This document shows positions 10,327 through 21,429 of a stretch of DNA of 64,000 nucleotides, in pieces (position 1 is the stretch's first letter; each line of letters begins with the position of its first letter). The notes under the pieces are model-generated. The model searched no databases. It had not been told where the DNA came from and was given only the letters and a program-made list of their open reading frames with translations. Source of the stretch: Myxococcota bacterium (GTDB lineage: Bacteria; Myxococcota_A; Polyangia; Nannocystales; Nannocystaceae); assembly GCA_039028615.1 (NCBI GenBank), contig JBCCHT010000010.1:32001-96000 (forward strand), read 5' to 3'. The position numbers were made by a program, and so were the translations under genes.

Positions 10327-10370
10327 CGGCCGGATCTGCGAACGCGGGTCCGGCCGCTCTTGCGTTTTCT
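10327..10370 (+). terminator. Probable intrinsic terminator after the motor genes
   Basis: Hairpin CGGCCGGATCTGC-gaac-GCGGGTCCGGCCG followed by CTCTTGCGTTTTCT. Confidence 0.6.
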
Positions 10371-10630
10371 GCGCGGACCGTTTGGGACCTCAATTTGTGG
10401 TGATCCGTGTGACGGATTTACCCCTCAGGGGGCATAAACGATCAGCCGACCATGCCCGGAGGAAACTGACGTCACGGTCGCGCGTGGACCACTGGAGCCG
10501 GCAAGTTCCGTGTCCTCCTCCTTGGTCCGGCCCAGCGCCGAAGCTATGCTCCGCAGCGATAGTTCTCGGTAGGTAGTCCACAAAGCGTATTTTGCGCATT
10601 GCTTAGTAGCTGCTAAAACCTTCAAAGCTG

Positions 10631-11971
10631 ATGTCTAGCTCCAAGCCCCGCCAATCGAAGGTGCTGCGCGTCGCGGTCGTCGTCGACGATTTGGTGTGCG
10701 ACGAGATCCATCAGCACGAAGCGGGCTCGATCTCCGTCGGCAGCGATTACCGGAGCGATGTGATCCTCTTCGGGTCCCGAGCTCCGCGGCAGCATCAGCT
10801 CTTCGACTACAACGGGGGCGCGTTCTATCTCGACCTGCCGACGAACGTGCGCGGCAAGGTGATGATGGGCCGCAAGGCGTTCACCGTGGGGAGCCTGCGC
10901 AAGCGCTTCGCCAAGGGTGATCGCCTGCGGGTCAAGCTCAGCCCCCGGGCCAAGGGCAAGCTGCTCATCGGCGACAGCACGGTGATGTTCCAGTTCGCCG
11001 CGCCCAAGAAGCTCCCGCCTCGTTTGCCCTTCCCCGTGCAGTTCAAGCCCCGCGTGGGCGAGCTGTGGGGTCGTCGCGAGCTGTCCACGCTGGCCGCCTC
11101 TGCGCTCGGCCTCGGCTCGTACTTCACCTGGGCGGCGACCGCCGAGTACGACAGCAGCTTCAACCTCGACCAGATCGACGAGCGCTTCGTCCGTGCGATG
11201 GAGCTGGTCGAAGAGAAGGAAGACGAGCCGGTCCCCGAGGAGGAAGACCAGGATGACAAGCTCGCCGAAGAGGACGAGGAGAAGGAAAAAGAGGTCAAGG
11301 AGAAGCCCAAGCCCGATCCCAAGAAGCTCGACAAGAAGCCGGAGAAATTCTCCAAGCAGGCGATGAAGCAGGCGCGCAACGTCGGCATCGCGCGCGTGCT
11401 GGGAACCTACGGCGGTCCGGGCGAGGGCACCGTGCTCGACGTCATCGAGAGCACCGAGAACAACTTGGGCGACCTGTTCGCGCAGGGCATGACCACCACG
11501 ATGCTGGCCGACGGCGGGGACATCACGCCCTTCGTGCCGGGCGGCGAGGGCATCTCGCTGGGCGGCAGCATGGCCGGCACCGAGGGCTTCGACATGGGCG
11601 AAGGCCCCGAGCTCGAGAAGAAGGTCGAAAAGCGCGAGCGCAAGGTCAAGGGCCGCACCAAGGCGACCAAGACCGACGTCTTCGGCGATGTCGACGCCAA
11701 GGGCATCAAGGCCCAGATCTCGCGGAGAACCAGCGCGCTGCAGCACTGCTACAACAAGGAACTCCGCACCCAGCCCGAGCTGGCCGGCAAGATGACCTAC
11801 ACGATCTCCATCAGCAAGATGGGCAGCGTCACCTCGGTCGCCATCGAGGAAGACACGGTCGGCAGCTCGCGGGTCAAGACCTGTACCCAGGCCAAGATGC
11901 GGGGCTGGCGATTCGGCACTCAAGAGGACAGCGGTGAGGTCACCTTCACCGTGGTATTTTCGGGTAGTTGA
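10631..11971 (+). CDS. GltG/PglI-like TonB-type transducer
   Basis: Cytoplasmic beta-rich N-domain, single TM, Glu/Lys/Pro-rich linker, C-terminal ALQHCYNKELRTQPELAGK...C...WRF (AgmX/PglI C-terminal, TonB_C-like). Confidence 0.82.
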   Translation: MSSSKPRQSKVLRVAVVVDDLVCDEIHQHEAGSISVGSDYRSDVILFGSRAPRQHQLFDYNGGAFYLDLPTNVRGKVMMGRKAFTVGSLRKRFAKGDRLRVKLSPRAKGKLLIGDSTVMFQFAAPKKLPPRLPFPVQFKPRVGELWGRRELSTLAASALGLGSYFTWAATAEYDSSFNLDQIDERFVRAMELVEEKEDEPVPEEEDQDDKLAEEDEEKEKEVKEKPKPDPKKLDKKPEKFSKQAMKQARNVGIARVLGTYGGPGEGTVLDVIESTENNLGDLFAQGMTTTMLADGGDITPFVPGGEGISLGGSMAGTEGFDMGEGPELEKKVEKRERKVKGRTKATKTDVFGDVDAKGIKAQISRRTSALQHCYNKELRTQPELAGKMTYTISISKMGSVTSVAIEEDTVGSSRVKTCTQAKMRGWRFGTQEDSGEVTFTVVFSGS

Positions 11972-11973
11972 GC

Positions 11974-12579
11974 ATGAGGAATCACTCGCGAATTTGGGCA
12001 GGAGTTTTCGGCGCGTGGCTGGTGCTCGGTGGCGCCAGTGGAGCGTTGGCCGAGCCGGAGGCACCCGCGGCCGCACCCGCCGAAGACCCGGCGGCCACTC
12101 CCGCCGCGACGCCCCGTGCTTCGAACGTCTCCGTGCCCAAGATCCGTCGCGACATGGAACAGAACATGTCCGAGCTGGGGGATCTCGCGTCCGATGCCAA
12201 ACGAGATTCCGATCTCGTGCGGGCGGCCTGCGTGCTCGACAAGCAAGAGCGGGCGCAGGGCGTCATGGAGCTGGCGACCGGCGAGATCCTGGTCATCCGC
12301 GACGAGGGTTCCAGCGCGGAGAGTAGGGGTTTCGCTGCCGAGAAACTCGAGGCCGCCTCCGACAGGCTCGATGGCCTGGTGGAGCAAGCCCGCGAGTGTG
12401 CGGGCGACAAGACGCCCGAGCTGTCCGACGACGAGACTCGCAACGAGCTCGACGAGCAGCCCACCATCCCCATCCCCGACCCCACCGTGGGCGGCGGGGC
12501 CGGAGGAGGCAAGCCGCCCGCCGTGCCGCCTCCCGTCGACGATGGCATGCCTCCGTCCGTGGGTAGCCCGAGCCTCTAG
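11974..12579 (+). CDS. Secreted hypothetical protein (helical, two Cys)
   Basis: Signal peptide ending ALA; ACVLDK...ARECAG; Pro-rich tail; starts 2 nt after the gltG-like stop. Confidence 0.75.
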   Translation: MRNHSRIWAGVFGAWLVLGGASGALAEPEAPAAAPAEDPAATPAATPRASNVSVPKIRRDMEQNMSELGDLASDAKRDSDLVRAACVLDKQERAQGVMELATGEILVIRDEGSSAESRGFAAEKLEAASDRLDGLVEQARECAGDKTPELSDDETRNELDEQPTIPIPDPTVGGGAGGGKPPAVPPPVDDGMPPSVGSPSL

Positions 12580-12831
12580 GCTCCAGGGTTCGTCGGCGAT
12601 TGGCTCTGGGAAGCGCCACAAATTGCCTCGTCTCGTCGATTGATTGACTCGGGATGGTCAACTTCGTAGTGGCTCGAGAGTGATCGTGGCCGTGAACGTG
12701 CGTTCTCGCCGGAGTAGGTGGTCCCTGCGCCGATGATCACCGTGCCTCCATGCCGTTCTTCGGCTAGGCTCCGCAACGCGCGACTCGCGGGGCGAGGCGC
12801 CTCCTTGGACTTTCTCTTGAGGGCATCAGTC

Positions 12832-14277
12832 ATGCGTATCGGCACTGCGCCGCTCGGATCGCTGCTGATCCTCTGTGCGGTAGTCCTGGCCATGACGTGG
12901 CCGGGCCGTGCCCTCGCGGGTCCCGAGATCAACATCCCCCGCGCCGAGGATGGTCCCGGCCTCAAGGTTGGCCAGCGGTCGACCTTCCACCCCGGCTTTG
13001 CTCTGGTCACTGGCGTCGACACCAACGTGTTCTCGCAGGCGTCCGAGGAGCAGCCGAGCACGGCCGCGTTCGTGATGCCCACCGGGTGGCTCGGCGTCGG
13101 CAACCGGCAGTTCCGCGACGGCCTGCTGATGAGCCCGCCGGAGCGGACCGGTCGCGCGCTCGACTACTACATCGGGGCCATCGTCGGCGCCCGCCAGTAC
13201 ATCTCGCGGCGGCAGACGGTCTACGGCCAGAGCCGGGTCAGCGGCGGCCTCCAGATGCGCCTGGCCTTCCTGCCCGGGCGACGCTTCTCGATCAACTTCG
13301 ACGAGGACGTCTTCCGCTACGCCCAGCCAGCCACCTACGAGGCGCAGCCCGAGTACAACTTCAACCGCATCGATCACCGCGGGCAGCTGACCTTCATCGG
13401 GCGGCCGGGCGGCGGTCGCTTCGGCGTGTTGCTGGGCCTGCGCAACCAGGTCCTCGGCTTCGAGAACCGCACGGCCAACGACGACATCGCCCGGGGCAAC
13501 CGGACCGTCAACGGCTTCATCAGCGAGGCGAAGTGGCGCTTTTTGCCCAAGAGCTCCCTGGTGTTCAGCTACGCGATGGACTGGACCTACTACTTCAGCT
13601 GTCGCGTGCAGGGGCTCGGCTGCAACAACGACAACTTCGCCCATCGGATCGTCGGTGGCTTCCGCGGCCAGGCGCTCAAGAAGGTCACCGTCGATGCGCT
13701 GGCCGGCTACGGCCTCGGCAACTACCGCACCGACGAGAACGGCCCGAACTTCAGCTCCTTCATCGGTGAGCTGTCGGTCAGCTACTTCCCCAACGTTCGC
13801 TCGCTGTTCAACGTGGCGCTCTACCGGTCCTTCCAGGACTCGCTTTTGGGCAACTACTACGTGGACATCGGGGCTCGCTTCCAGGCGCGCTACGAGTTCA
13901 AGTGGCGCATGGTGAGCACGGCCGGGGTCTGGGTCGCGGGGCGCCGCTACGCGGGGCTGCCCGTGCCCTTCCTCGAGGACGACTGCGACCGGGGCGACCC
14001 CACGCGGCCGTGCCCGCTCGAGTACGTGGGCGACGGGGCCGAGTCCTTCCAGCGACGCGACACGGTCTTCAACCTCAACCTCAAGGTCGAGCAGCCCTTC
14101 AAGCGCATCTGGTCGGTGGCGCTCCAGTACGACCTGGCCGTCGACTCCACCAACTTCGCCACGCTCTATCGCATCCAGGGCCAGGACGAGGACGGCAACC
14201 CGATCACCGAAGAGGCCTTCGACTTCGCCGGCTTCAATCGCCACGTGGTGATGCTGCTGGGGGCGGTTCGATTGTGA
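12832..14277 (+). CDS. Outer-membrane beta-barrel, likely OPX partner porin (Wzp/EpsX/ExoB-like)
   Basis: Signal peptide; alternating amphipathic aromatic-rich strands; C-terminal strand VMLLGAVRL; stop overlaps the OPX start. Confidence 0.72.
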   Translation: MRIGTAPLGSLLILCAVVLAMTWPGRALAGPEINIPRAEDGPGLKVGQRSTFHPGFALVTGVDTNVFSQASEEQPSTAAFVMPTGWLGVGNRQFRDGLLMSPPERTGRALDYYIGAIVGARQYISRRQTVYGQSRVSGGLQMRLAFLPGRRFSINFDEDVFRYAQPATYEAQPEYNFNRIDHRGQLTFIGRPGGGRFGVLLGLRNQVLGFENRTANDDIARGNRTVNGFISEAKWRFLPKSSLVFSYAMDWTYYFSCRVQGLGCNNDNFAHRIVGGFRGQALKKVTVDALAGYGLGNYRTDENGPNFSSFIGELSVSYFPNVRSLFNVALYRSFQDSLLGNYYVDIGARFQARYEFKWRMVSTAGVWVAGRRYAGLPVPFLEDDCDRGDPTRPCPLEYVGDGAESFQRRDTVFNLNLKVEQPFKRIWSVALQYDLAVDSTNFATLYRIQGQDEDGNPITEEAFDFAGFNRHVVMLLGAVRL

Positions 14278-14873
14278 AGGTCCTGCGGGCGCTGGCCGGG
14301 GCGAGCCTCAGCCTGTGCGTCGGCGTCGTCGGCTGCGAGCCCGCTCCGGCCAATCCGACGCTGCCTCCCGCCGTGCCGGGTCGCTCGCAGGAGCTGGGCC
14401 CGGGTGACGTGGTCGAGGTTCGGGTCACCGACCAAGAGGAACTCACCGGGGAGTACGAGGTCGGCGAGGACGGCTCGATCCGCTTCCCGTGGATCGGCAG
14501 TGTCGAGGTCGCCGGTCGCAGCAAGGCGGAGATCGCCGAGAGCATCGAGACCGCGCTGGCCGACGGATGGCTGCGGCAGCCTCAGGTCTCGGTGCGGGTG
14601 CTCGAGCGGCAAAACCGCGAGGTCAGCGTGCTCGGACAGGTCAACGAGCCGGGTTCGTACCCCTTCAAGGAGCGCTTGACGCTCGTTCAGGCCATCTCGT
14701 TGGCTGGGGGCCTCAACCCTCTGGCCCAAGCCAAGAAGGTGCAGTTGACGCGGGACACGGCCGAGGGCCGCCAGACCTACGTCATCGACGTCCGACAGAT
14801 CCTCGAGAGCAAGCAGGCCGATCTGCCGTTACTGCCCGGGGACATCGTGTTCGTACCGGAATCGCCGATCTGA
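14274..14873 (+). CDS. Short OPX (Wza-like) polysaccharide export lipoprotein, Poly_export + SLBB
   Basis: Lipobox VVG-C; LGPGDVVEVRV, DGSIRFPWIG, VLGQVNEPG, QAISLAGGL, PGDIVFVPES; ends with no OM helix. Confidence 0.9.
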   Translation: MKVLRALAGASLSLCVGVVGCEPAPANPTLPPAVPGRSQELGPGDVVEVRVTDQEELTGEYEVGEDGSIRFPWIGSVEVAGRSKAEIAESIETALADGWLRQPQVSVRVLERQNREVSVLGQVNEPGSYPFKERLTLVQAISLAGGLNPLAQAKKVQLTRDTAEGRQTYVIDVRQILESKQADLPLLPGDIVFVPESPI

Positions 14874-14992
14874 ACCCGGGCCGGAGTCCCGCGCGAATAC
14901 CTCCGCTGCCTACCTTATCCCACCCACCCCGCGACCAACCATAATTGGTCGGTTTTTCGCGGCATGGGCGCGACAGGCTAGACTTCGTTCCA

Positions 14993-16639
14993 ATGCCTCC
15001 AAGCTCCGAGCTCGTGCTGGGCATCGACCTTGGCACGACCAACTCCGCATGCGCCATCGTGCGTGAGGGGAGGGCGTCAGTGGTTCGCCGAGGCGAGGAC
15101 CGGATCGTACCTTCGGTCGTTGCTGCGTTGCCCGACGGTTCCATCGTCGTGGGCAATCGCGCCAAGCGACGCCGTGCCGTCGATCCAACGCAGGTGGTCT
15201 ACAGCGCCAAGCGCTTGATCGGTCGCCGGTTCTCGTCGCCCGAGGTGCAGCGCATGTGTCGGACGGTGCCCTACGAGATTCGCGAGGGCAACAACGAATC
15301 GGTCGTCGTCGAGCTCGGTTCCCGACTGCACAGCATCGTCGAGATTTCCGCCTATATCCTCACCTACCTGCGCGAGATGGCCGAAGAGGCGCTCGGGCAG
15401 CCGGTGAGCAAGGCGGTCATTGCCGTCCCCGCCAACTTCACCGACTCGCAGCGCAGCGCGACCCGCATCGCCGCGCGCCTAGCCGGACTCGACGTCATCC
15501 GGGTGATCAACGAGCCCACTGCGGCCGCGCTCGCCTACGGGTACATCGAGGACACCGACCGCCGCATCGCGGTCTACGACTTCGGTGGCGGTACCTTCGA
15601 CGTCACCGTCCTGCAGATCACCCGCAACGTGTTCGAGGTCCTGGCGACCTCGGGCGAGATGTTCCTGGGCGGCGACGACATCGACGAGGCCATCCTCGAC
15701 ATGATGATCGACGTGTTCCGCCGCCAGCAGGGGGGCGAGCTGGTCGAGACCCCGGTGGCCATGGAGCGCCTGCGGGCGGTGGCCGAGCAGGTGAAGATCC
15801 AGCTCTCCGAGCAAGACCGAGCCGCAGTGCACCTGCAAGAGGTCTTGCCCGGTCGCGACGGGACGCTCGACTTTTCGCTCTCCGACGTCGACACCCGACG
15901 CCCCATCGAGACCATCATTCGGCGCACCGTGCCCGTCTGCGAAGACGCGCTGAGCACGGCCGGCCTCGCCCCGCACCAGATCGACGAGATCGTGCTGGTG
16001 GGCGGTACGACCCGACTGCCGCTCGTTCGCGAGGTGGTGCAGCAGGTCTTCGGCAAGCCGCCTCAGACCTCGATCAACCCGATGAGCGTGGTCGCGGTGG
16101 GAGCCGCGATCCAAGGCGCGGCGCTAATGGGATCGCTGGTCCCCATGGCCACGGGCGGGGTCTCGGCCCCCGGCACGGCCAGCCCGGCTTCCGCCGTGTT
16201 GCTCGACGTGACTCCCCGCAGCCTCGGGGTTCGCACCGTGGGCGGCTACGTCGACGTCATCATCGAGCGCAACACCCCCATTCCGGTGGAGCAGACCCGT
16301 CTGTTCACCACCACCCGGGACAACCAACGCTTCGTGCGGATCCAGGTGTGCCAGGGGGAAGAAGAAGAGTTCGATCGCAACCTCAAGCTCGGCGAGGTCG
16401 TGCTCTCCGGGCTGCGGGATGCGGCCCGGGGCGAGGTGACCATCGCCGTCACCTTCGAGATCAACACCGACGGCCTGCTGGAGGTCCGCGCTCGAGATCG
16501 GGACACCGGTCAGCAGCAGGTGGCCACCATGCGGGTGCTGGGTGGGCTCAGCGAGGCCGAAGTGGCCGAGATGGTGGGTCGGATCGAGCCGCCCGTTCCG
16601 TCTTCATCTGGCGGCGACGTCACGACCACTCCGCGGTAG
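14993..16639 (+). CDS. Hsp70/DnaK-like protein lacking the C-terminal lid
   Basis: GIDLGTTNS, VINEPTAAALAYG, YDFGGGTFDV, LVGGTTRLP, LLDVTPRSLG; ends shortly after the beta substrate-binding domain. Confidence 0.92.
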   Translation: MPPSSELVLGIDLGTTNSACAIVREGRASVVRRGEDRIVPSVVAALPDGSIVVGNRAKRRRAVDPTQVVYSAKRLIGRRFSSPEVQRMCRTVPYEIREGNNESVVVELGSRLHSIVEISAYILTYLREMAEEALGQPVSKAVIAVPANFTDSQRSATRIAARLAGLDVIRVINEPTAAALAYGYIEDTDRRIAVYDFGGGTFDVTVLQITRNVFEVLATSGEMFLGGDDIDEAILDMMIDVFRRQQGGELVETPVAMERLRAVAEQVKIQLSEQDRAAVHLQEVLPGRDGTLDFSLSDVDTRRPIETIIRRTVPVCEDALSTAGLAPHQIDEIVLVGGTTRLPLVREVVQQVFGKPPQTSINPMSVVAVGAAIQGAALMGSLVPMATGGVSAPGTASPASAVLLDVTPRSLGVRTVGGYVDVIIERNTPIPVEQTRLFTTTRDNQRFVRIQVCQGEEEEFDRNLKLGEVVLSGLRDAARGEVTIAVTFEINTDGLLEVRARDRDTGQQQVATMRVLGGLSEAEVAEMVGRIEPPVPSSSGGDVTTTPR

Positions 16640-16648
16640 GCTTGGGCC

Positions 16649-17179
16649 ATGTCCGACGAGCTGCTCGCAGAGATCATGCGGCTTTACGAAGGGCTCGAGG
16701 AGCTGTCGTACTACGAGTACCTCGGCCTGCGGCCAGGCTGCGACTACGTGGCGGTGCGCGACGGCTTCTACTCTCGGGCGCAGCGCTTCCACCCCGATCA
16801 GTTCGTCTACCGCGGCGGCGAGAGCCTGCGCGCGGCGGTCTATGCCGTCTTCAAGCGCATGACCGAGGCCTACAACGTGTTGCTCAACCCCGAGCTTCGC
16901 GTGCTCTACGACGCGGCGCTGGTGCGCGGCGAGGCGCGGCTGTCCGAGGTCGCCCGCGCGCGACGGCTGACCGCCGAGGAGCGAAAGGTCCACAATTCCT
17001 TCGCGCGGATCTACCTGCGATCCGCGCGGCGCAAGCTCGAGCTCGGTGAGCTGCGTGGGGCCTGGGTCGACGTTCGACTCGGCCTCACCCTCGAGCAGGC
17101 AGCGCCCCTGCGGCACCTGCTCAACGAGATCGAGCAACACCCGGCGGCCCCCGGCCTGCTGGGTCGAGGTCGACGATGA
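16649..17179 (+). CDS. J-domain protein
   Basis: YYEYLGL...RFHPD...FKRMTEAYNVL; directly after the Hsp70 gene. Confidence 0.8.
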   Translation: MSDELLAEIMRLYEGLEELSYYEYLGLRPGCDYVAVRDGFYSRAQRFHPDQFVYRGGESLRAAVYAVFKRMTEAYNVLLNPELRVLYDAALVRGEARLSEVARARRLTAEERKVHNSFARIYLRSARRKLELGELRGAWVDVRLGLTLEQAAPLRHLLNEIEQHPAAPGLLGRGRR

Positions 17180-17781
17180 GCGAGATACGCCGAGCCCGAG
17201 TCGAGCGGAAGACCAAGGAAACCAGCATCGAGGTGGAGCTGGCCGTGCCGGGGGATGCCCCCGCGCCGTCGCAGATCATCACCCCAGTGCCCTTCCTGAC
17301 CCACATGCTCGAGGCGCTGGCCAAGCATGGCGCGATGGACCTGCGGGTCCACGCCGAGGGCGACGTGGAGATCGACGACCACCACACGGTCGAAGACGTC
17401 GGCCTCACCCTGGGCATGGCGCTCGACCAGGCGCTGGGCGAGCGGCGCGGCATCGTGCGCTACGGCTGCTTCTCGCTGGCGATGGACGAGACCCTCGTCG
17501 ACTGTGCGCTGGATCTCGGGGGGCGGCCCTACCTCGTGTACGAGCTCCCCGCCATCGACGGGCGCTGGATCGGTCGCTTCGACTGTGATCTGGTCAAAGA
17601 ATTCTTCCAGGCCCTGGTCGTGCAGTCGCGCATGAACCTGCACCTGCACCTGCGGGCGGGGGGCAATGCGCATCACGTGGTGGAAGCGGCGTTCAAGGGT
17701 TTTGCCCGGGCCTTGCGAATGGCCTGTGCGCTGGACCCGGCGTTGGCGGGCTCGCTGCCCTCGACCAAGGGCGCGATCTGA
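17176..17781 (+). CDS. hisB: Imidazoleglycerol-phosphate dehydratase
   Basis: RKTKET, IDDHHTVEDVG, MDETL, NAHHVVEAAFK, PSTKG. Confidence 0.97.
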   Translation: MSEIRRARVERKTKETSIEVELAVPGDAPAPSQIITPVPFLTHMLEALAKHGAMDLRVHAEGDVEIDDHHTVEDVGLTLGMALDQALGERRGIVRYGCFSLAMDETLVDCALDLGGRPYLVYELPAIDGRWIGRFDCDLVKEFFQALVVQSRMNLHLHLRAGGNAHHVVEAAFKGFARALRMACALDPALAGSLPSTKGAI

Positions 17782-17862
17782 AGACCCGTACGGGGCTCGC
17801 TCACGTTGTCCGCAGGTGGGGTGCTCGATTCGGGCCGCCCGCGCGGCTACTCTTGCCGCCGC

Positions 17863-19467
<1,605 letters not shown>

Positions 19468-19514
19468 ACGGGGGCTCGGCGCGGGGCGGCCGGGTGTGCC
19501 AAGCTGGGCACGCG

Positions 19515-19955
19515 ATGCGTACGCAGACACGCCAGACCACAGCCGCCTTGGTCGGCGCGGCGTGGGTCCTCGGGCTCGGGCTCCTCGGGTGCGGGCCCGG
19601 CCCGAGCACGCGTTCGCTGCACGAGGTCGACGGCCAGGTGGTGGCCTCGTCTCCGCCGCCGCCCGTCGCGTACGAGGAATATCTCAAGGCTCGCCTGGCG
19701 CTCGAGCGCGACCCGCCGCAGCTCGAAGAAGCCCGGCGCTCGATCGAGCGGGCGCTCCGCTACGACCCTCGCGACCCGCACCTGTGGGCGACCCATGCCG
19801 AGATCGAGGCGCGGGCGGGGGAGCGGGAGCGGGCCGAGGCTTCGGCTCGCAAGGCGCTGGCGATTCGCCCCGGCTATCCGCCGGCCGAGCGGGTGCTGGC
19901 CGAGCTGAGCGGAGGCTCGGGCGCGAGCGCAGGCGAAGCTGCGGTGCAGCCCTGA
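19515..19955 (+). CDS. Small TPR lipoprotein
   Basis: Lipobox LLG-C; two TPR-like repeats. Confidence 0.7.
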   Translation: MRTQTRQTTAALVGAAWVLGLGLLGCGPGPSTRSLHEVDGQVVASSPPPPVAYEEYLKARLALERDPPQLEEARRSIERALRYDPRDPHLWATHAEIEARAGERERAEASARKALAIRPGYPPAERVLAELSGGSGASAGEAAVQP

Positions 19956-19968
19956 GCCGGGGGCTCGT

Positions 19969-20676
19969 TCAGCGCGAGTACCAGGTCTTGATCTCGCTGG
20001 ACTTCACGTAGCGATTGATCCGGACGACCCTGGCCTGTTCGAAGTCGAGCTGGAGCCGCAGGGCGAGGAGCTTGTCGCGGACGGCAGAGGGCAGCTCGCT
20101 GAGCTGGATGGCCTGGGTCGGCGCGGTGGTGCGCTCGTAGCGATAGGGTCGAGGGCTCTCCATCGGCTCGGCGTAGTCGAAGTGGTAGATGCCGTCGGGG
20201 CCGCGGTGATGGTCGAGCAGCTCTTCGATGGTGTCGATCCGCCACGCGCCCCGGACGACGTCGAGCGCCCGGACGTCCTCGATGTACTGCCCACCGAGCT
20301 CCACGCGGCTCATCAACACGACCGGTGGCTCGACGCGAACCTTGGCCATGAACTCGCCATCGAGCTCGGGGATGTAGGCGGACAGGTCGCGGGGATCGAC
20401 GCCGTCGGGAGGGTCGAGCACGACCACGATCCGCTGCGGTCGCTCGAAGCGGTACTGCTCGGGCACATCGAAGTCGACGCCGGACTCGAGCAAGCGGGCG
20501 AAGCGGATGGCATGCAAAGCGGCGAACTCGGGGTCGTCCTCGGTGGTCCAGTCGCTCGGGGCCAGCAGGGGCACGCCGCCTTCCTCGCTGCTGTCGAAGA
20601 AGCCGACGTTGCCGTCCTGGTCGACGGCGTACCACTGGGTGTCCATGCTGTGCGCCGCGGGGTAGTCGTCCGACAT
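19969..20676 (-). CDS. Hypothetical protein, paralog B of tandem pair
   Basis: Collinear with 20683..21414; shares DYPAAHSMDTQWYAVD. Confidence 0.85.
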   Translation of the reverse strand: MSDDYPAAHSMDTQWYAVDQDGNVGFFDSSEEGGVPLLAPSDWTTEDDPEFAALHAIRFARLLESGVDFDVPEQYRFERPQRIVVVLDPPDGVDPRDLSAYIPELDGEFMAKVRVEPPVVLMSRVELGGQYIEDVRALDVVRGAWRIDTIEELLDHHRGPDGIYHFDYAEPMESPRPYRYERTTAPTQAIQLSELPSAVRDKLLALRLQLDFEQARVVRINRYVKSSEIKTWYSR

Positions 20677-20682
20677 GGCCGC

Positions 20683-21414
20683 TCAGCTCCAGGTGCCGAT
20701 CTTCTTTTCGAGGATGTGGTCGTCGAGCTTCACGTCCTTCGCTCCTTCGAAGTCCAGCTGCAGGCGTAGCGCGGCGAGCTTTTCTTGCACTGCGGCGGGC
20801 AGCTCGGCCACGTTGATTCCGCGCTGGGGGGCGTGCCGTCGCTCGTAGCGGTAGGGCTCGAGGCTCCCCCAGGGGTTGGCTGCTTCGAAGTGGAAGATGC
20901 CGTCCGCGCCCGCGTGGTCGTGCAGGAAGCCATCGATGCGAGCGATGCTCCACGCGCCACGAACGGCGGGGAGGTCTCGGACGTCTTCGATGTACTGGCC
21001 GTCGAGCTCGATTCGGCTGAGCAACACGACCGGAGGCTCGGCGCGGATGACCTGCATGAAGTCTCCGGCCAGCTCGGGGGCGTAGGCGAGCAGCTCGGTC
21101 GGGTCGACGCCGTCGGGAGGATCGAGCACCACCACGACCTGGGTCGGATCGGAGTAGCGGAAGCGGTCCTCGATCTCGAGGGCTCGCCCGGCCTCGAGCA
21201 TCCGGGCGAGGCGCATGGCGTGCAGGATGGCGAAGTCGGGGTCGGAGCTGGACTCGTGTTCGCACGCGGCGTCGACGGGCACGCCCCCTTCCTCGCCACT
21301 TTCGAAGAAGCCCACGTGGCCCTCGCGATCCACCGCGTACCACTGCGTGTCCATGCTGTGCGCCGCGGGGTAGTCCACGGCGCTTTGGCTCGGGTCGTGG
21401 TCGATGTCGGACAT
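20683..21414 (-). CDS. Hypothetical protein, paralog A of tandem pair
   Basis: Collinear with 19969..20676; starts 15 nt after the radical SAM stop. Confidence 0.85.
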   Translation of the reverse strand: MSDIDHDPSQSAVDYPAAHSMDTQWYAVDREGHVGFFESGEEGGVPVDAACEHESSSDPDFAILHAMRLARMLEAGRALEIEDRFRYSDPTQVVVVLDPPDGVDPTELLAYAPELAGDFMQVIRAEPPVVLLSRIELDGQYIEDVRDLPAVRGAWSIARIDGFLHDHAGADGIFHFEAANPWGSLEPYRYERRHAPQRGINVAELPAAVQEKLAALRLQLDFEGAKDVKLDDHILEKKIGTWS

Positions 21415-21429
21415 CGCAGGGAGGTGGGG

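Noticed and set aside
8459..11971. Assigning gene symbols aglR/aglQ/aglS/gltG
   Set aside because: Orthology versus paralogy cannot be settled by eye, and the Asn-type subunit argues against the canonical gliding motor
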